Assembly: GCA_002269645.1 (NCBI GenBank)
Contig: NIVC01000647.1
Location: 428,979 to 492,978 of the forward strand
Direction of reading: 5' to 3'
Length of the DNA stretch: 64,000 nt
Source: Macrostomum lignano
Taxonomy: Eukaryota
Positions within the stretch are counted from its first letter, which is position 1. Every line of letters starts with the position of its first letter. Under the pieces are notes generated by a model that saw only the letters and a program-made list of their open reading frames with translations, ran no database searches and was not told the DNA's origin. The position numbers and the translations under genes were made by a program. Of this stretch, positions 51,077 to 62,278 are shown piece by piece.

Positions 51077-51731
51077 CAGGGGCGCCGCCATGGGTTTTAT
51101 GGTGGGTGTATTCTACATGAACATGTACATGAATAAATTCCTACATGTACATTATTTTCAGAATCGGTGTCGTCAGCGCTCATTTTTTCAACGCAGGCAC
51201 TCATTTTAGCGCCGCAGGCACTCATTTTAGCGCCGCAGGCACTCATTTTAGCGCCGCAGGCACTCATTTTAGCGCCGCAGGCACTCATTTTAGCGCCGCA
51301 GGCACTTATCTAAGCGCCGCAGACACTCATATTAGCGCCGCAGGCACTCATTTTGGCGCCACAGGCACTCATTTTGGCGCCACAGGCACTCATTTTGGCG
51401 CCACAGGCACTCATTTTGGCGCCACAGGCACTCATTTTGGCGCCACAGGCACTCATTTTAGCGCCGCAGGCACTTATCTAAGCGCCGCAGACACTCATTT
51501 TAGCGCCGCAGGCACTCATTTTGGCGCCGCAGGCACTCATTTTAGCGCCGCAGGCACTCATTTTGGCGCCGCAGGCACTCATTTTGGCGCAGTAGGCGCT
51601 ATGTTTTGTCGCTCTGAAGCAAAATTATTGATTTCAACCACGAGTCACAAGGTGGGGTAGCATGTCCCCCCATAGCTTTTACTGGAGGGGGGCATGTCCT
51701 CATGTCCCCCCGTCCGGTGGCGACGCCCCTG
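51077..51731. mobile_element. MITE-like element with an internal 21-bp tandem array
   Basis: TIR caggggcgccgcca / tggcgacgcccctg (1 mismatch in 14). Internal repeat gcaggcactcattttagcgcc at about 51170-51595. No clear TSD. Confidence 0.6.
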
Positions 51732-51976
51732 TGCAATGAGACTGAGTCAGATTTGTCAGTCAGCATCCTCTCACCTCTTAAGGCTCCATCACATAACTCA
51801 ATGATTGCTCGAAGATATAAAGAGAAGACAGTGTGACCAAAGCAACCAGCTTATTCTTTTAGGGACACGGCATTAGCTAGCATTTCGCTTGCAAGTGCCA
51901 AATTTGCTGCAATTATCATCCATAAAAATTGTTTTGAAATCTCTGAACGAAAGTGGGGACAAAATTTTTTTCCTGA

Positions 51977-52716
51977 TTGTTACCGGGACCAATTTTCGAC
52001 AGGAAGTTTGATTACTACAAAGAACAGGTGCCAATGTATCAAGATGGACCTGTCAAAGTGAATTTGACCATCAAGATTTTGAGAATCAGCAACATTGACC
52101 CAGTCAGCATGGAGTTCAGTGTCGAAATGTTCCTGAGAATGTTCTGGCAAGACCGTCGACTGGATTGGGAGAGTTTTCGGCAGTACCAATCTTATTTTGA
52201 TTCCATCGACTTTTCGAATGCGAAGGACACGCTGTGGCTGCCTGATGTGTATTTTTGGAACGGCAACGAAGGCTACCAGCACAAGATGGCTCAGCCGAAC
52301 CATCTCATCAAGGTTCAGCGCAACGGGAACATCCTCTACTCGCAGAAGACCACAGTGAAGTTCTCCTGCCACATGCAGCTGCAGACATTTCCATTTGATA
52401 CGCAGAATTGTAGAATTCACATCGGAAGCTATCGCCACACAACGAATCGTCAGTTACTGCGGTGGCACAACACAGAATACAGAAAAGCTATTGAGTTAGA
52501 CTCCGCGATGCAGATTAGCGAGTTTCAAGCGCCTGCTGAGCTGGAACTCATCGACTGTTCAAGAGGCAGCGCTACCTCCTCCGGTTTCTATCCTTGCTTG
52601 AAAGTGGAATTCAAACTGAAGCGCCACATTGTCCCTTACCTGTTGGCTCTGCTGCTATTACTAACGCTGCTGTGCATTTTGGCTCACATTTGTACTTTTG
52701 CTAACTGGCTGCCCAG
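51977..52716 (+). CDS. Cys-loop receptor variable exon V2 (divergent; lacks most of M1 and the PAR motif; 5' end/signal peptide not found, possibly a pseudo-exon)
   Basis: LWLPDVYF, Cys-loop CHMQLQTFPFDTQNC, loop C DCSRGSATSSGFYPC, then one hydrophobic helix. Ends CCC AG|gtaaga (phase 2). An in-frame TGA sits at 51974-51976. Confidence 0.8.
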
Positions 52717-54665
52717 GTAAGAATAGGCGTAGCTATGCAAACTATCCCTAAACAGCTCAGACGCTTGTAACTTGGACCAACAAGTAGCTATCCGTGTCCC
52801 ATTCGAATTGCCACGGACAACTGAGCCACAGATCTTCGAATTCTTTGACTCTCTTGAGCTACCCAAGCAATCCGCGAGCTGGAAAAACCTCTCGACTTAA
52901 ATTCCGGATCGGCCTTATTGATATCAAATTTAGTAGGGGCTACTGATACTGCATATGCTACTCACAAGTAGTGATTTAGCACGTCAGTTTGTAAAATATA
53001 AAAATAGGCTTCATTGAACTTGTAAATTTTTGCTCTCTAAGCTTCGGGAGTTGATTAAGCTCTAAAGAGAAGAGTCTCCGAGCCAGTTTCGGCAGAATTT
53101 TGGGAACATACAGTATTTTTGGGTTTTGCATTTAAAAGTTTTTTAACTATACGCTCGTATTACGAGCCCCTATTGACATGTTTTAAATGTTTATTTGGTG
53201 GACATTCGATTGAGCTTGAAACCATTACGCCTGAAAATGGATCCAGAATTTAAAAAACTGTTCTGCGTCCCAAGTCTCAGGTCTCCTTGGTCCAAAGGCT
53301 CCGTCGAGCACACTTTTGCCTGAGCCCACCCCTTCCTAGGCAGGGTTCGGCGGAAGTCCATGCTTAGCATAAACACGCACATTGGCTCCCGGTTCGCCAG
53401 ACTCGTGTATCAAATTATTCATACTAAATTGCAACTCCCTTGACCAAGTGAAACGCGCATTTAATGGCAATGGATTCTATATTCATAGCCATCGCGCTGC
53501 CTTCTGTCTGTGCACTGTAATAATTTTTTACATGTCAGGAGGGAGTTTCGGGAACTTTTAGGAGAGAAGACTTCAGCTTCCCTCGCGGTCCCAACATTGA
53601 CGCAGCTGCATCAACTCAACCGGAATTCTATACACCGCGCCGTGTCTCTCAACCCGACCCTGCCTCTCTCCCTTGTTCCACGCCTGTCCCTCCAGCCAAG
53701 CCATCTCTTCATACTCGCCTCTGTTCCTCCCTTGGACCGGAAAGGTGATTTCAGCCTGAGTGGCTTGACTTTACGCCTGTCATCAGCTGTGTGACTGACA
53801 CCAGCTGCTGCTGCTGTGAGAAGACCACACAGCATTTTTGTAACACCCTGTGCTGCACACACACACACGCACATGCGCACCTGGGCTTCTTCTCCTCGCG
53901 TTAATTCACGCGCGCACACAATGTCCCATTGCCTGAATATTAGTTAATTTCCTCTAACCTGTCATTCAGGCCTCTTTATTTTGCGCGAACTCTCGCTTAA
54001 TCTCAACTAATCTAAGCTGCGGAGCCGCGGGTGGCTTAGAAGCATATGCGACACTTCGGTGTTGCTTGATGGACATAAAACTGTATACAGTGTTATTGTA
54101 ACAGTTCGTGCAGATAGAGACAGCACCGCATCAGTTCGTTTCTACAGCGATGGCAGCAACGCGGTTTTTGTCGTGCTGATGCAAGATGCTGAAGTTAGTG
54201 CGGGAATAAAACAGGCAGTTGATAAAATCTCTAATAGGTGCGTGGACACATTGAAGCCTGAAGAAGGGTTCAGGGATTCATTAAAAATAACAAAATTGTA
54301 GCCACGGGGAATAATAGATCAGCGAGTGTAAAATACTCCTCTTTTTCATCCAGTATTCTGAGGGAAGGAGAGAGGTCGCCCCGTCATTGGCCGAGCGTAC
54401 TCGGGGCAGAGTGGGGGCAGGCAGTCACCGTGCCAATCCGGTACCCGTCTGAACTCAACTTACCCTGACCTCTAAAAAACGCCTAAAGCTGGCAGGCCTC
54501 GCGACTGCGCATCCGTCTTCTTCCAAGCACCATCACCTCGTCGTCATAATCCCGATCAAATGTTCTGGGATCAACCAGGGCTATTCAGGTAGTCTTCGGG
54601 TCCGATAATCAAGCAGCAACGCAGCCTCAATCAGAAGTGGACAACCGCGAGAGGAGAGTGTCGGC

Positions 54666-55681
54666 ATGGCGACGGCGGCGGCGCCAGACTGCAACCGGCG
54701 GTGCACGAAGCTTTCGCTGTCGCTGCTGCTGCCGCTGCTGCCGCTGCTGTTGCTGAAGCCCTTGCCGGCCTCGGCGGGCACCACGGCCTCAAACTACACC
54801 AACATAGTAGACCGCATTGTTGAGAAAATCTTCACCAACTACAACAAGCACCAGCGGCCAGTGGAAGTTTTTGATACGATGGGAGGCAAGCCGCAGCCGC
54901 CGCTGGTTGAAGGTGGAAAACCGTTTGAGCCGCCGACTAAAGTCGACGTGAACATGAAAATTCTCAGCATCAACAAGGTCGATGTCATAAATATGGAGTT
55001 CAGCTTGGACATGTACCTGAGGCAGTTCTGGCGCGATCACCGGCTCAGCTGGGAGAATATCCCGCAGTTCAAGTTCTACAATGACTCCATCGCTATACCG
55101 GCCAAGAAGGAGCAGCTGTGGCTGCCAGATCTTTTCTTTCGCAACGGAAAAGAGGGTTACCTGCACAAGATGACGCAGCCAAATTATCTAATCCGAGTGG
55201 GTCCGAACGGTGACATCCTGTACTCGCAGAAGATCACCATGAAGTTCTCCTGCCAGATGCAGCTGCAGACATTCCCCATGGACATACAGAACTGCTTCGT
55301 CAACATCGGCAGTTACGGTTACACAACCAAGAATCTGCTGTTCAAGTGGAAGCAGGACAAGGACAAACAGCCGGTGGAGCTGGACACTTCAATGCAGATT
55401 GCCGAGTTCAACACGCCCGGCAAAGCAAAGACCATCGACTGCACCAAAGGCAGCGCCACCAGCACTGGCGCCTACGCCTGCCTCAAGGCGGAGTTCAAAC
55501 TGGAGAGGCAGCTGAGCAGCTACCTTGCTGGGACCTACATCCCTTCTATCCTCATCGTGACAGTCAGCTGGCTGAACTTCTGGGTCAACATTGAGGCCGT
55601 GCCCGCCAGGGTGACTCTGGGACTGCTCACTCTGCTGGGCATTCTCACTCAGGCTTCGACCGTGATGGGAAATTTGCCCAG
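54666..55681 (+). CDS. Anion-selective Cys-loop receptor, variable exon V3: signal peptide + extracellular domain + M1 + M2
   Basis: Leu-rich signal peptide; Cys-loop CQMQLQTFPMDIQNC; loop C; M1; PARVTLGLLTLL M2. Ends CCC AG|gtgaga (phase 2); 1016 nt. Confidence 0.96.
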
Positions 55682-58600
55682 GTGAGACTAGTCAGGAGAC
55701 GAGGGTCCATCCCTCTAGGGAAAATTGAGCCCGTGGGATCGTATCCCGATGCTCATTTCCATATCCTTGACGTATTGTCGCTGCCTCTCTGCTCAATCAT
55801 CTGGCCACGTCTCGGCCGTAAATCTCGCAAACCAGCCGCCTACTTTGCATAACCAAGAACTGGAAAAAAGGGATTCAGCTGAGAAATGATGATGCGGTTG
55901 ACTGAGTCTTAGACTCTAGGAGGGGCTTTAGACGATAAAAAATATCAAGTTTGGAGAGAAATTACCAAGAAGATCGAAACTTTGCTATCACAGTCTGAGC
56001 AGTGACTTCGGGTATTGAGCTGCATGCGGAAAGTTAAATATGTGATGGTGGATGCTGCTCAAAAAATTCTTTCTTCATTTTCTATGCAAGGCATCACGTA
56101 CCCGAAAATACTAAATGATTTGTTGATTCACCAAAGTCCCAAAAATACGTGCCAAGGAGGCTGGCATGAAAAAGCAAAAGAAAAGACAGAGACAGAAAGA
56201 AGTAAAAGATGAAGAACAACCGTCTTTTTGAGTTTGCTATCCGGGAGTTTGTGCAAACACAGCGAGCTAGGAAAGAGAGCGACGCAAGTTCCAACCAGAG
56301 CCGAATTCTGAAGTTATTTGTCGAATTTCGGACCAATCGACAAATTTCCCCTCTGATTTTCCACTGCATCAACTAACTTCCCCCCCCCCCCCAGTACACA
56401 CACAACCACAATGTGGACTCAGCACTCCCGTCCACTCTTGTTCACATTCAGGGTCCAGCTTTCAGCCTGATTGACCCCAGGCTGGCAGTGCTTTCCCTCC
56501 CAGTTTCTCTGACTGCCCGCTTAGCCTAAGGAGATGCGTGTTTAACCGGCCTTAGAGAGAGAGAGAGAGAGAGAGAAAAGTTGCTTCTCTGGGAATGCTC
56601 ATTCTCGAGCTGACGCAGCAGCGGAATTGGATTGAAGTGGAAGAGAACCCCCCGCGCTCTCGAGTCCCCACTCGGCCGACTCGCCCAAGTCAGCTTAGTA
56701 ACTGCATGCCAGTTTCTATGAAAATAGGAAAAAGACCGTTTTAAAGTGTTTTCGCTTTATAAAAGAAAATCTCTTTTCTTGGCTGGGGGAAGGGCTGAAA
56801 GGTTTTGAGCTCAGTGGTCAGCTCGGACCAGAGCAAGAGCTCCCTTACTCCCCCTGAGGCAATCAGTTGAGGCAGCGGCAGCTGTTCCAGTTCCGAAAAC
56901 TGAAACAGTGCGCCTACACTTTCTCTCCATTCCAAGGTCCCTGTCTGTATATTTTTCCGCGTCTGTATTCCTCTTTTTTAAATTCTCTCTCGCTGCCCCT
57001 GCATGTCTCGGCAAAGCAAAGCAGCTTCCCTTTTTTCACAGAATCGCACTCCTGATGGACCGGACGACCAACTAGGGGAACCCCGGGGGCTCTGTTTATA
57101 CAGGCCTTTCAACTGCAGCGGCTCTGTATCTCCCCGGGGCTCAATCAGCCACGCCCTCTCCCCCTGCCTCTTTTCACTGTCCCCTTATACCGTTCTCCAA
57201 GCAAGAAGGCGCATTGCGAGAGTTGCGGCAAGGAACAGTTCTGCCAGTCTTCTAGGTGTTGCTGTTGGTTCTGCTTCTTCTGCTTTTGCTGTTGTTGTAG
57301 CTGTTTCTGACGCCCCGGCTGATCTCCCTGTTGTCAAGCGGATGTGACATGCAGCGGCTCGTCAGCTCGTCAGCCTTCCCCCGGCCCGTGGCTTCACCTC
57401 CTTCGCCCCCCAACCTCCTGACCATGCAGCCCTGGCTGGCCGAATCTTGCCAAGAAAACTGCCTTGTTTCTTCTCGTTTACAGGAGTGGAAAATTTTCGC
57501 CAAAAAATAATCGGATCCAACGAATCTGCGGATGTATATGCACAACAAATAAAGTACATTTCATCAGCCTTGTAAACATTCCAGCAAGTCAGGAGTAGAC
57601 TCGGCTACTTTCTGAGCCTCCTGTCGTGTTTGACTGATTTCGGCCTTCATTATTAGGGCCTAAAATTGCTAATAGCGCCGTGGGATGCATCGTTGCTTTG
57701 AAAATTACTGGATGCTGCTTTGTAGTTTTCTTTTCTCTCTCTCGCTCCCATCTTTCTCTCCTCCAGCTCCGCCTACTCACTCCCTCAGTGTCTTCTCCCT
57801 CACTGCCTGAGCTGACGACAGCTCACAGCAGATCGATAACTCACTTGCTGATGCCGATGCATCGTTTCTGCCCTGCCCATAGCTCTGCCAAAGTCCCTTC
57901 ACCAGTGTTTAACATTTTAGCTATAGCAGCTGCATCGTGTCCAATGGCAACAACAAGAGAAGCCTTGACGTCTTGAGCTAAAAAACGGGATGTTGTCAGA
58001 TTTTGAGCTTTTATATTTGTTGATTCTACAAGAATTGGCATTCCGAAGAGGCGTTATCATGGCTGGAGAGTGGCAGTTGAGGCCGGAAATTTTCAGTTTG
58101 AATTGAGGTACGGTTCGATCTCACGTTGAGCCTCTCCTGACCAAAACAAAATCCTCGACTACTCACTCTTGTCATCCTGTCAGCGGCTCTCCAGAGACTC
58201 TGCCTGCGACTCCCGCTGTCTCAAATCTTCCCCCTTTCCACCCTCGACCGAAGTCCCTCCACCTCGTTTCTTGGACTGTGTGAGGGGAGTTTGAACTCAA
58301 CGCAGGTTTGAGGAACAGCGGAGGGAGAGAATCTGAAAGGGGGAGTTTTAGACATAGCGAGGAGTGGAGTTAGCAGTGGCCTGCACGGCTGCGGGAGGGA
58401 GTAGAGAAAATGAGTCGAAGGTAGTTCAGCTCTCTCAGAAAGCGACATTTCGACTGAAGTCTATGCTGGCCTGCGATTCTAACTCAGCCCCACCGGCACC
58501 CCAGAGCCCGAATTCCGATTCCGAAATGCCCGAGGAGAGAGGAGAGAGAGACAGAGAGAAACGAAGGACTTCTAGGGGCGGCTATCCAAGTTTCTGTGCC

Positions 58601-59101
58601 TGCCTGGAAGCAGGAAACCCGCGGAGAGACCAACTGGCAGGGACTGCAAAATCTTGGCTTGAGGAATCCAAGAGGAGTAGGGGAGAGAGGAGGGAACGGT
58701 GCAGTCCCGACGCAGCCACTCACTCGAATACTTGATGGGGAATTCTGCATGAGGGCACTCGTCGGCTCGGTCTAGGGGAATTCAGTTCAGCTCTTCTTTC
58801 GGGGGCCCTGGATTCACAACAATCTGCAAGGAAATCGGCTATGAGCTGATGACGGAGTCTGAAAATTGAACTAAGATATTAAAATCTTTTTCAGCACTAA
58901 TTTGCATAAATTTGGAGATGGAATGTTAATACTATTAATTGATTATAGTTGAGACATTATAATACATCGCATAAATTCATCTACATGCTCTGAGAGGCTA
59001 ATAAAATAGGCTATTCATCTCATTTGGAAGACTTCGACCCATCATTCGAATCGCAATGCAAACACACAGATGCTAAGAGCTCCCAATACCTCCTCCACCA
59101 G

Positions 59102-59588
59102 AGTGGCGTACATCAAGGCCATAGACATCTGGATCATCGCCAGCATCATGTTCGTCATCGGCGCCCTGATCGAATTCGCCGTCGCTTCATTCCGCGCCCG
59201 TCGAACCAAAATGGAGAACTGGCAGCAGGAGATTCGCTGCGTGGTTCGCTCGGAACTCCAGCGACTCGCCGTCATCCGGGGTCCGCCACCGGGCCTGCCG
59301 ACTCCCGGCTCAGCCGCCGTAGCCTCCGCCGGCAACGCGCATGGCTATCCGGGTTTCCCAGAGGAGCTCGAAGACCTTCTGGTGGTCAGCGTAGAGGAGG
59401 GCGGCAAAGGCGCCAGCGGAGGCGGTGCCGCTCAGACGGCCTCGCCGGTGCCCTCGCCGGACTCTGACATCGACGCCTACAGCCGGTTCCTGTTCCCGGC
59501 CTGCTTCCTGCTGTACAACTGTTTCTATTGGCTCTACTATCTTGTGCTGGTTGTCAAGATCGACACGGGGGAGGCGGACAAGGCGTGA
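59102..59588 (+). CDS. Cys-loop receptor constant exon C: M3, intracellular loop, M4
   Basis: ctccaccag|A GTG GCG TAC (phase 2) gives R-VAYIKAIDIWIIASIMFVIGALIEFAVASF...IDAYSRFLFPACFLLYNCFYWLYYL. TGA at 59586-59588; AATAAA at 59759-59764. Confidence 0.95.
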
Positions 59589-60654
59589 GAGAGACTGACG
59601 GATCAGCTGGTGACCCGAAGTTGCATGGGCACTGAACACAAAGGGACCGTGTTTTGGGTGATCTTTGAGCACTGTTGTCTCAGCGGATGCCAGGTCTCAG
59701 GTCCATTCGCTCTGACTTTTCTTAAGAACTTCTTAAGTAGATCGTAAAGTGGAGTGGTAATAAATCATACATTTTTCCTACCAAAACGCGCGATTATCGC
59801 ATGGCACTCGAATGTTCTAAATCTTTACGCAAAAATCGAAAGTTACTATTAATTTTTGAAGATTAAGTCTGACTAAAGAACCTACTATTGAAAAAGGGGC
59901 ATCTTTCGTATTGGACTGAATACATTTTGCAAAGCTAAGGATTGTCTCTGCAAATACATAACCAACGCCTTCGGAAGTCCTTCTGTTCGACATGCGTAAG
60001 ACCACAAAGAAGTTTAAAAGCCCCATCGGGTTTCGGGATCATTGATGCATTTCTGATGCTTGACAACGGTTCACTTGGAGCCATTAGCAGCGACTTCATG
60101 CCCTCTATTACTGTTGGTTCGTCTGTAGCAGTTTGGAAATCCGCAGTGACTGGCTCAAGTAGAAAAAAGCATTGAACAGCACTTTGTACTTTACCGACTG
60201 TCTGATTGTGTTTAACACAGACACAAGAAATTCAACTTGTCTGCAGTCTTGTGATTTACCAAATTATTCTATTGTTATTGCAAATTTTATTTATATTTCA
60301 AATCCGTTAACTAGCGCCGATAATCCTATATTGTAATTACAATTTGTCAAAATTTTAACTGTTTTTAATTTGTATTCATTTAACTACAGCTCAGCAAGTC
60401 AGTTCATATTTGTTTTTTTGATAAACTGTTCACATCTGCATTAAAACTACCTTGCGATTCATAACAATGTACATAAATTATGAGCAGTTCAATTTTAATC
60501 TCAAAGTTTGCCGCTAACATTGATATTTCTGCAAGTCTAATTTTTTCAATAGCTATTTGCTACTTGTGGCGTTTTCTTTAAAGTCTGGAATTATTCTATT
60601 TTTAACCTATACACTAAATCTGTATCTGCTACACTCTGCTCACTTTCAATGCAT

Positions 60655-61010
60655 CTCCATCCATTCATCTCTCTTTCTTTTTCTCCCTCCCTTCATCTCC
60701 TTCCCATTCATCTCCCTCTCTTCATCTCCGTCCCTCCGTCTTCTTCCAATAATCTCCCTCCCTTCATCCTTTTTTATCTCCCTCCTTTCATCTCCCTCCT
60801 TTCATCTCCCTCCCTTCATCTTTCTCCCTCAGCTCCCAGCTCCCATGATCTCCCTCCCTTCATCTTCCTCCCTTCATCTCACTCCCTTCACCTCCCTCCC
60901 TTCATCTCCCTTCCTTCATCTCCCTCCCTTCATCTCCCTCCCTTCATCTCCCTCCCTTCATCTCCTCCCTTCATCTCCCTCCCTTCATCTCCCTACCCGC
61001 TTCATCCTCA
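60655..61010. repeat. CT-rich degenerate minisatellite (ccttcatctccct)
   Basis: Directly visible. Confidence 0.88.
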
Positions 61011-61921
61011 TTCTTTCTTCTCTTTTATTTATTCCCCTCTAGAGATAGATAGATTCTATTTAATCTATCTCCTTTCCACCATCTCGTTTCCTTGCTTTTT
61101 ACCTCTAATAATTTGATAACGAATCAGTCTGTCTAGCTCCCTCACAAACTTTCCTAATCTGTCCAATTCCTTTTACTTGTTAATTGTTAAGTCCTTGAGC
61201 TGACTTCTATTTCTATTTACCTGTATTTACAGAATTAAAATTTCTCTCAACTTTCTAATTGATTTTTCTGCTATAGGGGGCGTTTTAAATTTACAATTTT
61301 GGACTTTATTGAATAGCTATTGTTATGTTTAAAATGTACTTTTGCAACATTAAAATCAGTACGTGAAAATGGTTATGTAATAAGTCCCATACTCTGTGAA
61401 TTTTTTAATTATTTTATGTTAGCTGTGATCAATTTAAATTTGCTTTTGTTAAAATTTTTGCATGCTCCAGTAAAGTCAAGTTCACTTGAATATAACTTAT
61501 TTTGTGCTTAATTCAATCGAACTATTGAATATTAATTAATTGACACAATATGCTAATACGGATGCAAATATATTCGGTATATTATTAAATGCAATATTTT
61601 TATTGGATTTCTTATTTTAATAATATCAAGAAAATAGCAGCCTTGGTGTCGTCCGAGCCAGGCACCAGGACGAACAGCAACAAAAGATAGGAAGAGTAAG
61701 CAAAAAAATCGGCAAAGGGCCACTGAGCTGAGAGAAGAATTATATATCTAAGATTTTTTCATTAACGCCTATTGCAATGGTAAATGTTTCTTCAAAACGA
61801 ATAAAAAATTTAGGTTCGTCCGAAGCAAATGTAAACAACTTAAATAAATAAAATCGGCATATTATGCAATAAACGCGTTTAATACAGGATTATAAACAAA
61901 TAGCTTCATATTTAACCCTAT

Positions 61922-62278
61922 TTTTTATTAGAGGCAGGGGGTTGTGTGCACCCTGGCGCACTTTAAGCGACATAGGCACACAACCGGCGAGAGGCATTAC
62001 TGCCCATTCCGCCGACTCCCCTGAGCAGGCATACAAGCGCGCGGATACGTACGCAGGCACACACTCACACAGGAGTGTACAGCGGCCCTAACTTTATTTT
62101 ATCGTTAGGCATGTACACTTCACTGCGCCTTGGGGGGTTGGCTCTCAAGGCCGTTAATTGCACGAGCAGAGCCAAGCCGAGATTCCAATTCAGCCCCAAA
62201 TTAATGTGACTGCACTTGGAATCGAGCCTGGGTCGCTGGCACACCAGAGCAGCTGCGCTACGCTGGGCTACGGCCCCC
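61922..62278 (-). mobile_element. tRNA-derived SINE, about 357 bp, with a 13-bp target-site duplication
   Basis: The minus-strand 5' end reads GGGGGCCGTAGCCCAGCGTAG (A-box-like)...GGCTCGATTCC (B-box). Short A tail. TSD tatttaaccctat at 61909-61921 and 62279-62291. Confidence 0.85.

Noticed and set aside
51145-51660. (HFSAAGT)n ORF resembling an ice-binding or beta-solenoid protein
   Set aside because: It lies entirely in the internal 21-bp array of a MITE, and the unit length is simply a multiple of 3.
48423-59101. Private M3-M4 exons for V1 or V2, or further variable exons
   Set aside because: No KAID-W, EFA or SR-FP-like sequence and no extra Cys-loop were found in any listed ORF or by eye. 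Very short split exons cannot be fully excluded without tblastn.
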